Assembly (NCBI GenBank): GCA_037447605.1
Contig: CM074812.1
Span: 1,488,001 to 1,552,000, forward strand
Length of the DNA: 64,000 nucleotides
Source of the DNA: Zygnema circumcarinatum SAG 698-1b
Lineage: Eukaryota; Plantae; Zygnematophyceae
Direction of reading: 5' to 3'
A model generated the notes under the pieces. That model searched no databases. It had not been told where the DNA came from and saw only the letters and a list, made by a program, of their open reading frames with translations. Below are positions 32,769 through 46,587 of this stretch, in pieces. Position 1 is the stretch's first letter, and the number at the start of each line of letters is the position of its first letter. A program made the translations under genes and the position numbers.

Positions 32769-34836
32769 ATGGCGGGGCCGCCCTCGGCCGCAGCCCGCAG
32801 CTCTCATTGGCTTCAAAGATCCGAAAAACCACTTCCAGTGCGCTCCATTATTTCCATTTCACCATTTGTCTTTCTTTGTTTTTATGACTTCGAGAGTGAT
32901 TTGTTCCTAGAAACTTCCCCTTCCTTCATTCTCTCTCCCCATCCTCCTCATCTCTCACTCCTCCTTCCAATCCCCTTATCTTTCTGCCTCTCACTGTCTC
33001 CCTCCCGCTCTCCTTCCTCCGCTCTTGTTTCCCCCCATTTCTCTCCCTCGATCTCCCGGTCACTGTCTGCCTCTATTCCCTCTCCCACCCACTCTCTCCC
33101 TCTTCCTCCCTATACCTCTCCCTCCCTCTTCCTCTCCCTTCCTCTCCTTCTCTCGCCTCCCCTCTTCCCCTTTTTCCCTCCTCTTTCAATCTTCCTCCCT
33201 CTCTCCCTCCCTCTCCCACCATCTACCTCCCTCTCCTCCCTCTCCATCCCTGTCTCTCTCTCCTTCTCCCTGTCCCTCTCCCTCCCTCTCCCTTCCTCCC
33301 TCTCCCTCTCCCACCCTTTCTCTCCCTGTCCCTCCCTCACCCGCCCTCTCCCTCTCCCTCTCCCTCCCTCTCTCTCCCTGTCCCTCCCTATCCCTCTCCC
33401 TCTCCCTCTCCCTCCCTTCTCACTCCCGTGCTCTGATTTCGTGCAGACGATGTCTCCGCTGCACGAGAAGGACCGCTGGACCGCAACGGAACTGTTCAGC
33501 AGGTCGGCACATGGAGCCGCTCGTGCTATTTCTTAATAGAAATTGCTTCATCCCTTTTCTTTCCCCTCCCTCCCTCCCTCTTGGTTGACTCGTATCTCAC
33601 AGCCTCTGCCCCTCTAATTCGCTATGTCTATTTGTACCCCATTGCAACAGTCCGACGAGCGTTCTCACAATAAAGACGGGAGGCTTGAACCCGTTCGACT
33701 CCCCCACATCGAACTCCAGCGCGAGCAGGTACCCGATCTTCTTATTTCTAAAGAAAAAGAAAAAAAATCAAAAATCAAAAAGAAATGAAAATTTTTGGAC
33801 GCGCTTTGATGTGTTCCAGTCTGCAGTTGCTTTCCATTTTGTCTCCATGTGCGTGCCTCCGTTCCGTAACTGGACACATGTGTCACTTTTACGGTTTTTA
33901 ACGGTTTTTTCCGTTGCCGGTTGGTCCCATGCAGCAGTCCCGCCGCCGGCCATGTTCCGGCGAGGTCCCAAAAACTGCTCTTGCAAGAAGAGGTAATTTC
34001 GATTTCGATTTCTCAATTTTTTTTTTTTTTTGAGATAATTTGAATTTATTGTTTACCTAACTGATCAATCAACTAAATAATAGATACTTGCATTTTTGTT
34101 TTTTTTTTTTTTTTTTTGGTGCGATTTTTCCAATGGCAGGTCGACGCATTGCAGGCCAAGCTCCACATGGAACAGCGCAAACACGTTCAGTTGGAGTGGG
34201 CCGTTTCCATGCTCGACGCTCCGTTCCCCGACATTGAGGGACAGGTGGCACCTCCTCCTGCCTGGCATACCACCCCCCCCCCTCATTCCCTACCATTACT
34301 TTTTCTTTCATTTTTTTTTTTTTCTTCTTATCTTATCTGCATTGTTCAAAACCAGCGAACCCACCAACTCAATTTTTTTTTTTTTTTTTTTTTTTGGGAA
34401 TTCAGGAGGAGCGGTTCCAGGTCCCCCGCATGGAGGCGGAGGTGCAGTGGCTCGCGGCGGAGGTCGCGGCGGCCAAGTGCCACCTGGCACTGCTCAGGGA
34501 GAGGGGACGTGACCTGCGTGACGTCACGTCACACGGAGGGAGAGGCGAGCACAGGCAGAGGGCGGAGATGCTCCACTCTATAAGGTGGCTCATTGCTTCT
34601 TTTGTCCTTCATTTACCTCGCTTTGTACTTTTTTATTTTATTTTGTATAATGTTTATTTTGGGTGTTGTGGGTTCTATTCATGGTGGTTTTGGTCTGGTT
34701 TAGTTGCATGCATTGCTGATTTTTTGTATATTTGTGGGGGGATGGGGACAGGGAAGAGATGGAGGTTGAGACGGAATGGACCATCCGGCAGCGCCATGCA
34801 GCAGAGGAGAGCAACAGCGAGGTAGGGTTCATAGAC

Positions 34837-34904
<68 letters not shown>

Positions 34905-37900
34905 CTCTCTCTCTCTTTCTCTCTCTCCCTCTCTCTCTCCCTCTCCTTCTCCTCCCATCCCCTCCCTCCCGTCGTCTCTCTCCCTCTCTCTCCCTCTCCC
35001 TCTCTCGCTCCCTCTCCCTCTCTTCCCATCCCCTCCCTCTCTCTCCCCCTCTCCTCCCATCCCCTCCCTCTCATCGTCTCTCTCCCTCTTCGCCATCCTC
35101 TCTCCCACCTCTCATCCCCATTCGTCTCCCACTCCCTTCCCTTCTCTCCCTTTCTCATCTTCCCTCTCTCTCCCTCTCTCCCCCATCAAGGTTGCCCTCC
35201 TAATGTATGTCTCCCTCTTTACTTCCTTTCTGTTTACCGACTGCAGCTCGACCGCCAGCTCCGACAAATGCCGTCCGGGGAGGGCTGTCCGGCTGCCCGA
35301 GTCCCCATGGTAAGGCCCTAAAACCCTAAACCCTAAACCCTTAACCCCTTTGACTCTGAAAAACCCTAAAAATAGCGAAGGCCTAAAACCCTAAGTCAAT
35401 ACTCAAATTTGCAGAACTCACTTCTTGCTTTTTTGGACCAAACCATAACGATAATCATAATTTTCGTTTCTTCTATGTGCAGGATGTGGTTGAAGAGGGA
35501 GACGAGGGAGAAGAGGGAGGAGAGGAGGAGGAGGAGGGAGAGGGAGAGGACCTCATCCCTCTCACTCCTAAGAAGAAGACAAACCCAACATCATCATCGA
35601 CATCGGCAACATCACCCAATCCTCCATATGAAGGGGATGCAGGACGCCGCCTTACATCACATCCCTCCTACCCTCCTGCTCTCCGCTCCATCCGTACAAA
35701 GGAATCTAGTGGAAGCAGAAAGGGCAAAAACCAACCTCCAAAACTTGCTCCAAGGAGAAGTGGGGCCCTCCCTCCCTCCCCTCTCACAGCTCTCCCGCGG
35801 CAGAAAGTCCTCCAAATCCTCTCTCCCAACCCTAATTCTACTCCTCAGAGCCCCACCTCCATAAATCTCTCCCAAAACCCTAATTTCTCCTCTCACATCG
35901 CTTTGTTGGACTTCCTAGACGCTGAAGAGAGAGAGATTCTTAATCAGAGGGGGGAGCGATCGGTGGAGGAGGGAAAAGAGAGGGAGGGGTTGATGGAAAG
36001 GTCTGCCCACAGGACCTCTATGAGCAGCTTCATCTACAGCGAATGGAGAAAGAGAGAAGGAGAGGGAGAGGGAGAGGGAGAGGGAGAGGGCGAGGGAGGG
36101 AGAGGGAGAGGGAGAGGACAAGTGTCCGATCCGCGATGTAGCAGTTTGGAGCTTGGAGACTTTGGACCCCTCTGTAAGGAGGAGAGAGAGGAGGAAGTCG
36201 AGGAGGAGAGAGGTTTCCGACGTGCAACGAGTAATTCGATTGATATTTTAAGGGAAAGGATTATTTCGGAATGGAAGGGCAATGTGAAGAGTGGGGAGGG
36301 GGAGGGAGGAGGGAGAGGGTTGAAGGAGAGAATGAAGAAGAGTGGCGGAGAGTTGGGAGACTTTTGGATGAGAGTGAAGGGGTCAAAGGGCGGCCCTCAG
36401 AAGGAAGAGAAGAAGAGGAGCAGCGGCTTCATGATTCGGAGAAGTTCAACTTCAGACATGAGCGAAGATTCCGCGGTGAGATTAAAGGAAAAAAGAAAAA
36501 AAAAAAAAATGAAAAGTCAATAAGGAAAGCTATCATGAAAGTATGCGTGAAGCTTGACCTCGTGTTTCTGTTTTCTGATGCTTACCATTTATCTCTCTCT
36601 CTCTCTCTCCCTCTCTCTCTCCCCCTCTCTCTCATTTCTCTCTCTCTCCCGCTCTCGTCACTCTCTCGATTTCATCTCTCTCTCTCTCTCTCCCTCACTC
36701 TCTCTCTTTCTCTCTCTCTTGCTGTTCTGCAGGTCTCCTCTCCCGCCTCTCCCTTCCGTCTCTCAACCCCCAAATTCCTCTCCCTCTGGGAGTCCTCCCA
36801 CTCCCCTCTCCCGGACTTCTCCAATCGACCCAACGAACTTTCCGAAGAAATTCTCACTTGTCTCTGCTCCGCCCTCCTCCATCACAAAGCAAATTCCGAT
36901 TCCGACCCGGCCCTGAACCCTCAGTTCAAGTCCCCCAATACCTCCGCTCCGGGCACACCCCAAACCCCCACTACTACCTCCCGGTTTTCCTCCTCTCCGG
37001 GTCGACATTTCCCTTCAAATGTTTTTCGAAATTTTACTCTGAAATCGCAGCCGGAGTCTCCCAATCCGCCGGTTTCCCCCCGAAATTTTCCATTCTACCC
37101 CTCTGAAATTTTCCTTGAAAAGCAAAAAATGGAGGGGTTTGAGAGTCCCCAGAGGCCTTCCCTTCAGGGGGACTCTTCGCCGGCTCGTAATGGGGGGAGA
37201 AAAAGCAGGTCTGAAAAGGGGGGAAAATCCTCTTTTTCCCAGGAAATGAGTATTTTGAAGGAAAGTGCAATTTGTGGGAGCAGTAATTCTTTTACGGATT
37301 TTGTAACTGACCCGTTTTCCGTTGGTAACGGCCACCCGAGTCCCGCGGACCTCTCCTTTTGGGGAGCGGTGGAAATTACTTCGTTAAATATTAAAAAATC
37401 AGACTCGGTTTTGGCGGTGGCCGAACGTCGATACAAGTAAGAAACCAAACCAGATCTTTGAATGCATACATAGAAAGAGAGAGAGAATTATGTAGTAATG
37501 TTTTTTGGGGTGTTTTTTTTTTATTTTTTTTTTTCTCCTTCCTTTCTTCCAGGATATTTTCTTCTTCTCTGGCCTAAAATTTCAGTAATTCACAGTGATA
37601 TATTTATTTATTTATTTATTTGATTGTTTGAAATGCGTGCAGAGCCCTGATGGAGCAGCTCCGTCAGGTCGACCCGAGCGCTCTCTCTCACGAACAAAAA
37701 CTCGCTTTTTGGCTCAACATTTACAACGCCCTCCTCCTGCATGTGAGCTCACTCACTGAACATAAAAAAAAAACATAAAAACCCACCTGAAAAATAATTC
37801 AAGTCTTCGATAAAGACTCAGCTTTTTCCTGCCTTTTTTTTTGAATTTTTCTTTTTCAGCCATTGTTACTTGTTTTGTCTGTAATATACTTTCACATTTT

Positions 37901-39628
37901 TTTTTAACACCCCATTTTTTTTTTTCTGTATTTTTTCTGCAGGAGTCCTTGGCGCACGGCCCCACGTTTCAGGCCACCAAGTGGCTCGCTCGTCTCTCCA
38001 AAATTTCGTGCCGGGTCGGCGGAGAAAAAATTTCGGCTCTCGAAATTGAGCACTCGCTCCTGCGGGCAGCCTCCTGCACCTCCTCTCTTGTACGTGATTT
38101 TTTTTTTGGTTTCCTTTTTTTTGTGGTGGGGTTGTCGGGCTGATAACCAAAAAAAATTAACTAAAATTGCTTGTGCCTTTGCAAGAATTCACATTTCCTA
38201 AAACCAAAATAAGAAATAAAGTTGCGCTGCAGTACCCCTCGCTTGACGGATCTTTTTTTCTTTCTTTTTTTTTTTTTTGGGTGAGCAGGCGGAGGAGCTG
38301 AACGTGGGGAAGCTTCCTGGAAGCGACCCGCGCAGCCTGTGGGCGCTCGACCACCCCGAGCCCCTTGTCACGTTCGCTCTCTCTCCGGGAACCCGCTCCG
38401 CCCCTCCGGTATGGGCCACTCTCCCTCCCTCCCTCCCTCTCTCTCCCTTTCGCTCTCTGTCTCTCCCTCTGTCGCTCTCCCTCTCTCTCTCTGCCTCTCC
38501 CCCCTCCTCCCTCCCCCGTCTCCCCACTCCCCCCCCCTTCCTTCCCCCCCTCCCCTCTTCACCCTCCCCCTTCCCCCTTCCCCCTCTACCTTCCCCCTCC
38601 CCCCTCCCCCTCTCTCACTTTCTCTCTCTCCTCTCTCTTTCTCTCTCTCCTCTCTCACTCTCTCTCTCGCTCTGTCTCCGTACATTGTACTTATCAGCTT
38701 ATGGAGGTTTGGGATGTCAAAAGACTGTAGCGAGGCCTCCCAAGCCTCCGCAGACTGCCAACGGAGTCCCATGGGGTCAGGCTGTTAGGGTTCCGTCCCC
38801 CCTCCTAACGGAACTGCGTGGCTGGTTCCATGTGCCGTCCGTACAGGTGCGCGTGTTCCGGCCCGAGGCGGTCCACGAGGCCCTCGAGGAGGCCAAGCGC
38901 TGCTTCCTCCGCCTCGCCGTCGGCTTCTCCCCCGCGGGCCGCCTCCTCCTGCCGCGGGCCCTCGACTGGTAAGAGGGACCCTGAACCCTCAACCCTGAAC
39001 CCTGAACCTTGAACCCTCAACCCTCAACCCTCAACCCTTCCACTTGACCCTTGAACCCTGAACCTTGAACTCTGAACCCTAAATCCTGAACCCTGAACCC
39101 TGGACCGTAAACCTAACCTAAAACCTTAAACCCACCCTAAGCCCTCAACCCTACGTCCTACACCCTCAACCCTAAACCCTCAACCCTGCGCCCTAACCCC
39201 AAACCAAAGACCAAATCCCTCAACCCTGAACCTTAACCCTCAACCTCAAACCCTTAAACCCTAACCCTACGCCCTAAGCCCTCAACCCTGAACCTAGAAC
39301 CCTAAGCCCTGAATCTTTAGCCCAAAGCTTAAAGCCCTCAGCCCTTCAACCCTAAATCATTTATCACTAAACCTCTGCCCTGACTCCGGAACTGGAACTG
39401 AAAGTGAAATTTGTTCTATGCAGGTACGCGCGTGACTTTTCCGTTGATGACGTCACTCTGGCCGAGTGGGTCGCCCGTCAGGTGCCCCCCCAACAGGAAC
39501 GGAGAGTTCGCGAGTGCATAGAAACTGCCAGCTCAGCGCTACGCCTTGTCGACGTGGCGCCCTATGATTGGAGCTTCCGCTACCTCCTAGAACCTTCCAA
39601 GATCTTCCTTCACCTCGAGCAACCGTGA
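32769..39628 (+). CDS. Lzipper-MIP1 + DUF547 domain protein (ternary complex factor MIP1-like); first exon/start uncertain
   Basis: Exons encode VDALQAKLHMEQRKHVQLEWAV and EVQWLAAEVAAAKCHL (leucine-zipper like), RPNELSEEILTCLC, LMEQLRQVDPSALSHEQKLAFWLNIYNALLLH, RVGGEKISALEIEHSLLR, PEPLVTFALSPGTRSAPPVRVF and PYDWSFRYLL. The last five match plant DUF547 proteins. Approximate exons: 33447, 33651, 34139, 34407, 34751, 35246, 35483-36475, 36733-37436, 37643, 37942, 38289, 38848, 39424-39628. Confidence 0.88.
38980..39360. repeat. Intronic degenerate telomere-like (AAACCCT) array
   Basis: AACCCTGAACCCT/AAACCCTAA/AACCCTCAACCCT units directly after the donor of the penultimate DUF547 exon. Confidence 0.85.
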
Positions 39629-40289
39629 CCGTACACTTTTCGTACAGAATCAGTTGACGTACGCTGACATATGTCGGCCTAAGAGTTGACTTAAGTTGTG
39701 CCTAAGCGTTGACGCAGAGTCAATGATGCGCTGACTCCACGCGTCAACCCTCATTGACGGTCAACGTTTGGCATGTGCGGATGATGGCCTGTGCATTAGC
39801 GAAGATGGGCCTATTTCTGTTATTATTTTTCGACTGGGCCAATTATGTAAATACGGTAATGCGTTTTCAGCCTTCCAAAAAAAAAACCCGGCCACTAATT
39901 ACGCTTAATCTACTAATTTTTTTTTTTTTAGGTTTTCCAATCCGGCCTGTCGGATTGGGTGAAGAACAACCCTCAAGGATTAAAGGTTTAAATTAAAACC
40001 CCTGCCCTTAGTCAAGCTAAAAGCTCACTAGTTAATGGTCAACTTGATTATCTTACGGTTTAGGGTTTAAGGTTCAGGGTCAGGGTTCAGGGTTTAGGGT
40101 TTAGGGTTAGGTAGCCTTAAAACGAAATGAAAATAAATAAAGGCTCTAAGAAGAGCACGCTCGTCCCTTTCTCGTTAATATAAGTCATTTGAATTTGTCC
40201 TCTTGTGGCTAGTAATCTCTTGCTTACGTGTGTGGTGACGTCACAACAAACTCATCGACGTCTTCTGAAGATTTTCTGGGTTTGGAGTG

Positions 40290-43200
40290 GCAAGTTTCCC
40301 CCTCCCTCTCCCCCTCTCCCGCGCTCTCTCTCTGCTCATCGTCACCCTCTCCCTCCCTCTCCCCCTCTCCCGCGCTCTCTCTCTGCTCATCCTCACCCTC
40401 TCCCTCCCTCTCCCCCTCTCCCGCGCTCTCTCTCTGCTCATCGTCACCCTCTCCCTCCCTCTCCCCCTCTCCCGCGCTCTCTCTGCTCATCCTCACCCTC
40501 TCCCTCCCTTTCCCCCGCTCTCTCTCTGGTCATCCTCACCCTCTCCCTCCCGCTGCCCCTCTCCCGCGCTCTCTCTCTGCTCATCCTCACCCTCTCCCTC
40601 CCCTCCTCTCCCCCTCTCCCGCTCTCTCTCTCTGCTCATCCTCACCCTCTCCCTCCCTCTCCCCCCCTCTCGCGCTCTCTCTGCTCATCGTCACCCTCTC
40701 CCTCCCTCTCCCCCTCTCCCGCGCTCTCTCTCTGCTCATCCTCACCCTCTCCCTCCCTCTGCCCCTCTCCCGCGCTCTCTCTCTGCTCATCCTCACCCTC
40801 TCCCTCCCTCTCCCCCTCTCCCGCGCTCTCTCTCTGCTCATCGTCATCCTCTGCCTCCCCCTCCCCCTCTCCCGCGCTCTCTATGCTCATCCTCACCCTC
40901 TCCCTCCCTTTCCCCCGCTCTCTCTCTGGTCATCCTCACCCTCTCCCTCCCGCTGCCCCTCTCCCGCGCTCTCTCTCTGCTCATCGTCACCCTCTCCCTC
41001 CCTCTCCCCCTCTCCCCCGCTCTCTCTCTGGTCATCCTCACCCTCTCCCTCCCTCTGCCCCTCTCCCGCGCTCTCTCTCTGCTCATCCTCACCCTCTCCC
41101 TCCCCTCTCCCCCTCTCCCGCGCTCTCTCCCTCCCTCTCCCCCTCTCCCGCGCTCTCTCTCTGCTCATCGTCACCCGCTGCCTCAATCTCTCCCTCTCTC
41201 TCTCTGCTCATCGTCATCCTCTGCCTCCCCCTCCCCCTCTCCCGCGCTCTCTCTGCTCATCCTCACCCTCTCCCTCCCTTTCCCCCGCTCTCTCTCTGGT
41301 CATCCTCACCCTCTCCCTCCCGCTGCCCCTCTCCCGCGCTCTCTCTCTGCTCATCGTCACCCTCTCCCTCCCTCTCCCCCTCTCCCGCGCTCTCTCTCTG
41401 CTCATCCTCACCCTCTCCCTCCCTCTCCCCCTCTCTCGCGCTCTCTTCTCATCGTCGCCCTCTCCCTCCCTCTCCCCCTCTCCCGCGCTCTCTCTCTGCT
41501 CATCCTCACCCTCTCCCTCCCTTTCCCCCGCTCTCTCTCTGGTCATCCTCACCCTCTCCCTCCCTCTGCCCCTCTCCCGCGCTCTCTCTCTGCTCATCCT
41601 CACCCTCTCCCTCCCTCTCCCCCTCTCCCGCTCTCTCTCTGCTCATCCTCACCCTCTCCCTCCCTCTCCCCCTCTCCCGCGCTCTCTCTCTGCTCCCTCT
41701 CACCCTCTCCCTCCCTCTCCCCCTCTCCCGCGCTCTCTCTGCTCTCCTGCCCTCTCCTCCCCCGCTCTCTCTCTGGTCATCCTCACCCTCTCCCTCCCTC
41801 TGCCCCTCTCCCGCGCTCTCTCTCTGCTCATCGTCACCCTCTCCCTCCCTCTCCCCCTCTCCCGCGCTCTCTCTCTGCTCATCCTCACCCTCTCCCTCCC
41901 TCTCCCCCTCATCGTCTCTCTCTGCTCATCGTCACCCTCTCCCGCGCTCTCTCTCTCTGCTCATCCTCACCCTCTCTCTCCCCCTCTCCCCCGCTCTCTC
42001 TCTGGTCATCCTCACCCTCTCCCTCCCTCTGCCCCTCTCCCGCGCTCTCTCTCTGCTCATCCTCACCTCTCCCTCCCTCTCCCCCTCTCCCGCTCTCTCT
42101 CTGCTCATCCTCACCCTCTCCCTCCCTCTCCCCCTCTCCCGCGCTCTCTCTCTGCTCATCGTCACCCGCTGCCTCCCTCTCCCCCTCTCCCGCGCTCTCT
42201 CTGCTCATCGTCACCCTCTCCCTCCCTCTCCCCCTCTCCCGCGCTCTCTCTGCTCATCCTCACCCTCTCCCTCCCTTTCCCCCGCTCTCTCTCTGGTCAT
42301 CCTCACCCTCTCCCTCCCGCTGCCCCTCTCCCGCGCTCTCTCTCTGCTCATCCTCACCCTCTCCCTCCCTCTCCCCCAATCCCGCTCTCTCTCTCTGCTC
42401 ATCCTCACCCTCTCCCTCCCTCTCCCCCTCTCTCGCGCTCTCTCTGCTCATCGTCACCCTCTCCCTCCCTCTCCCCCTCTCCCGCGCTCTCTCTCTGCTC
42501 ATCCTCACCCTCTCCCTCCCTCTCCCCCTCTCCCCCGCTCTCTCTCTGCTCTCTTCTCATCGTCGCCCTCTCCCTCCCTCTCCCCCTCTCTCCCGCGCTC
42601 TCTCTCTCGCTCTCTCTCTGCTCATCCTCACCCTCTCCCTCCCTCTCCCGCTCTCTCTCTGCTCATCCTCACCCTCTCCCTCCCTCTCCCCCTCTCCCGC
42701 GCTCTCTCCCTCCCTCTCCCCCTCTCCCGCGCTCTCTCTCTGCTCATCGTCATCCTCTGCCTCCCCCTCCCCCTCCCCGCTCTCCCGCATCCTCTCTCTC
42801 TGCTCATCCTCACCCTCTCCCTCCCGCTCCCCCTCTCCCGCGCTCTCTCTGCTCATCGTCACCCTCTCCCTCCCTCTCCCCCTCTCCCGCGCTCTCTCTC
42901 TGCTCATCCTCACCCCTCTCCCTCCCTCTCCCGCCTCTCTCCTCATCGCGCTCTCTCTCTGCTCATCCTCACCCTCTCCCTCCCTCTCCCCCTCTCCCCC
43001 GCTCTCTCTCTGGTCATCCTCACCCTCTCCCCTTCTGTCTGCCCCTCTCCGCGTCTCTCTATATCATCCTCACCCTCTCCCTACCTCTCCCCCTCTCCCG
43101 CGCTCTCTCTCTGCTCATCGTCACCCTCTCCCTCCCTCTCCCCCTCTCCCGCGCTCTCTCTGCTCATCGTCACCCTCTCCCTCCCTCTCCCCCTCTCCCG

Positions 43201-45930
43201 CGCTCCTTGCTCTCCTCACCCTCTCCCTCTCCCCCGCTCTCTCTCTGGTCATCCTCACCCTCTCCCTCCCGCTGCCCCTCTCCCGCGCTCTCCCTCTCCT
43301 CCATCCTCACCCTCTCCCTCCCTCTTCCCCCAATCCCGCTCTGTCTGTCATCACCCTTCCCCCTCCTCTCCCCTCTCCCGCGCTCTCTCTGCTACATCCT
43401 CACCCTCTCCCTCCCTCTCCCCCTCTCCCGTCTCTTTCTCTGGTCATCCTCACCCTCTCCCTCCCGCGGCCCCTATCCCGCGCTCTCTCTCTGCTCATCC
43501 TCACCCTCTCCCTCCCTCTCCCCCTCTCCCGCTCTCTCTCCCTGCTCATCCTCACCCTCTCCCTCCCTCTCCCCCTCTACCACACTCTCTCTGCTAGTCA
43601 TCACCATCCTCTCCTCCTCCCCCTCTCCCGCGCCTCTCTCTGCTCATCATCACTCTCTCTCTCCCTCTCACCTCATCACATCTCTCTCCCTCCCTCTCCC
43701 GCTCTCTCTGCTCATCAGTCACCCTCTCCCTCCCTCTCCCCCTCTCCCGCGCTCTCTCTGCTCATCCTCACCCTCTCCCTCCCTTTCCCCCGCTCTCTCT
43801 CTGGTCATCCTCACCCTCTCCCTCCCGCTGCCCCTCTCCCGCGCTCTCTCTCTGCTCATCCTCACCCTCTCCCTCCCTCTCCCCCTCTCCCGCGCTCTCT
43901 CTCTGCTCATCCTCACCCTCTCCCTCCCTCTCCCGCTCTCTCTCTGCTCATCCTCACCCTCTCCCTCCCTCTCCCCCTCTCCCGCGCTCTCTCTCTGCTC
44001 ATCGTCACCCGCTGCCTCCCTCTCTCCCTCTCTCTCTCTGCTCATCGTCATCCTCTGCCTCCCCCTCCCCCTCTCCCGCGCTCTCTCTGCTCATCCTCAC
44101 CCTCTCCCTCCCTTTCCCCCGCTCTCTCTCTCTCTCCCTCCCGCTCGCTCTCTCTCTGCTCATCGTCACCCTCTCCCTCCCTCTCCCCCTCTCCCGCGCT
44201 CTCTCTCTGCTCATCCTCACCCTCTCCCTCCCTCTCCCCCTCTCCCGCGCTCTCTCTCTGCTCATCGTCACCCTCTCCCGCGCTCTCTCTCTGCTCATCC
44301 TCACCCTCTCCCTCCCTCTCCCCCTCTCCCCCGCTCTCTCTCTGGTCATCCTCACCCTCTCCCTCTCTCTGCCCCTCTCCCGCGCTCTCTCTCTGCTCAT
44401 CCTCACCCTCTCCCCCGCTCTCTCTCTGCTCATCCTCACCCTCTCCCTCCCTCTCCCCCTCTCCCGCGCTCTCTCTGCTCATCGTCCCCCTCTCCCTCCC
44501 TCTCCCCTGCTCATCGTCACCCTCTCCCTCCCTCTCCCCCTCTCCCGCGCTCTCTCTGCTCATCCTCACCCTCTCCCTCCCTTTCCCCCGCTCTCTCTCT
44601 GGTCATCCTCACCCTCTCCCTCCCGCTGCCCCTCTCCCGCGCTCTCCCTCTGCTCATCCTCACCCTCTCCCTCCCTCTCCCCCAATCCCGCTCTCTCTCT
44701 CTGCTCATCCTCACCCTCTCCCTCCCTCTCCCCCTCTCTCGCGCTCTCTCTGCTCTCGTCACCCCCTCCCTCTCCCCCTCTCCCGCGCTCTCTCTGCTCA
44801 TCCTCACCTCTCTCCCTCCCCCTCCCCCCGCTCTCTCTCTGGTCATCCTCACCCTCTCCCTCCCGCTGCCCCTCTCCCGCGCTCTCTCTCTGCTCATCGT
44901 CACCCTCTCCCTCCCTCTCCCCCTCTCCCGCGCTCTCTCTGCTCATCCTCACCCTCTCCCGCCCTTTCCCCCGCTCTCTCTCTGGTCATCCTCACCCTCT
45001 CCCTCCCGCTGCCCCTCTCCCGCGCTCTCTCTCTGCTCATCCTCACCCTCTCCCTCCCTCTCCCCCTCTCCCGCTCTCTCTCTCTGCTCATCCTCACCCT
45101 CTCCCTCCCTCTCCCCCTCTCTCGCGCTCTCTCTGCTCATCGTCACCCTCACCCTCTCCCTCCCTCTCCCCCTCTCCCGCGCTCTCTCTCTGCTCATCGT
45201 CACCCTCTCCCTTTCTCTCCCCCTCTCCCCCGCTCTCTCTCTGGTCATCCTTACCCTCTCCCTCCCTCTGCCCCTCTCCCGCGCTCTCTCTCTGCTCATC
45301 CTCACCCTCTCCCTCCCTCTCCCCCTCTCCCGCGCTCTCTCTCTGCTCATCGTCACCCGCTGCCTCAATCTCTCCCTCTCTCTCTCTGCTCATCGTCATC
45401 CTCTGCCTCCCCCTCCCCCTCTCCGCCCCTCCCCCCCCCCTCCCTCCCTCCCCCCCGCTCTCTCTCTGGTCATCCTCACCCTCTCCCTCCCGCTGCCCCT
45501 CTCCCGCGCTCTCTCTCTGCTCATCGTCACCCGCTCTCACTCTCCCTCTCTCCCTCTCCCCCCTCTCTCGCGCTCTCTTCTCATCGTCGCCCTCTCCCTC
45601 CCTCTCCCCCTCTCCCGCGCTCTCTCTGCTCATCCTCACTCTCCCTCCCCTCCCTTCTCCCCCGCTCTCTCTCTGGTCATCCTCACCCTCTCCCTCCCTC
45701 TGCCCCTCTCCCGCGCTCTCTCTCTGCTCATCCTCACCCTCTCCCTCCCTCTCCCCCTCTCCCGCTCTCTCTCTCTGCTCATCCTCACCCTCTCCCTCCC
45801 TCTCCCCCTCTCCCGCGCTCTCTCTCTGCTCATCGTCACCCTCTGCCTCCCTCTCCCCCTCTCTCTCTCTGCTCATCGTCACCCTCTGCCTCCCTCTCCC
45901 CCTCTCCCGCGCTCTCTCTCTGCTCATCCT
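40290..45930. repeat. ~5.6-kb minisatellite, 51-bp consensus unit with recurring variant blocks
   Basis: TGCTCAT anchor at 40333, 40384 and 40435 (period 51). Unit CTCTCTCTCTGCTCATC(C/G)TCACCCTCTCCCTCCCTCTCCCCCTCTCCCGCG. A variant pair (CCCTTTCCCCCGC...TGGTCATCC then CCGCTGCCCC) recurs many times. Confidence 0.93.
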
Positions 45931-46587
45931 CTCCCCCTCCCTCCCTCTCCCTCAATCACCTCCCTCGTCCCCTCTTTTCTACTCCCTCCTCTCTTTCTCC
46001 GCTCGCCCTCACCTCTCTCCCTCCTCCCTCCCTTTTCCTCTCCCTCACCCTCACCAGCAGCTTTCTCCCTCCTCCCTCTCCCTCTCCCGCACCTCTCTCC
46101 CTCCCTATTTCCCTCCCTCCCTCCCTCTCCTCTCCCGCACCTCTCTCCCTCCCTATTTCCCTCCCTCCCGCCCTCTCCTCTCCCTCCCTCCCTCCCTCCC
46201 TCCCTCCCCCCCCACCTCTCCTCCCCCTTCCCCACTCCCACCTTTCTCACGCATGCCAGCAAGAATAACAACATCGAGCCGAGTCATCTTATTTTTAAAA
46301 CGGAAGGACCACTCCATAGAACCACCCCTCCTCCCTCCAATGAATCCTAAAGGCATGCGCTGCTCCTACCTTTCAATAAAGAATACTTGCGCTCTCTCTC
46401 TTCCTCCCACCCTCTCTCCTCTCTCTCCCTCTCTCTCGCTGTCTCTCCCCCCCTCTCGCTTGTTCCCTCTCCCTCTGTCTCACTATGACCTATGCTAATC
46501 CATGTTTTTGCTATGCTCATGTTTTTCTCCATTCAGGCTCTTAAATAGGCCTTCTTTCTATGTTACCCCAAAACCAAACTTTTTGAA

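Noticed and set aside
40205-46350. Plus-strand ORFs of 1130-2040 aa
   Set aside because: Several frames are open simply because the CT-rich repeat lacks stop codons; no domain content. Only the minus-strand acidic frame was kept as a hypothesis.
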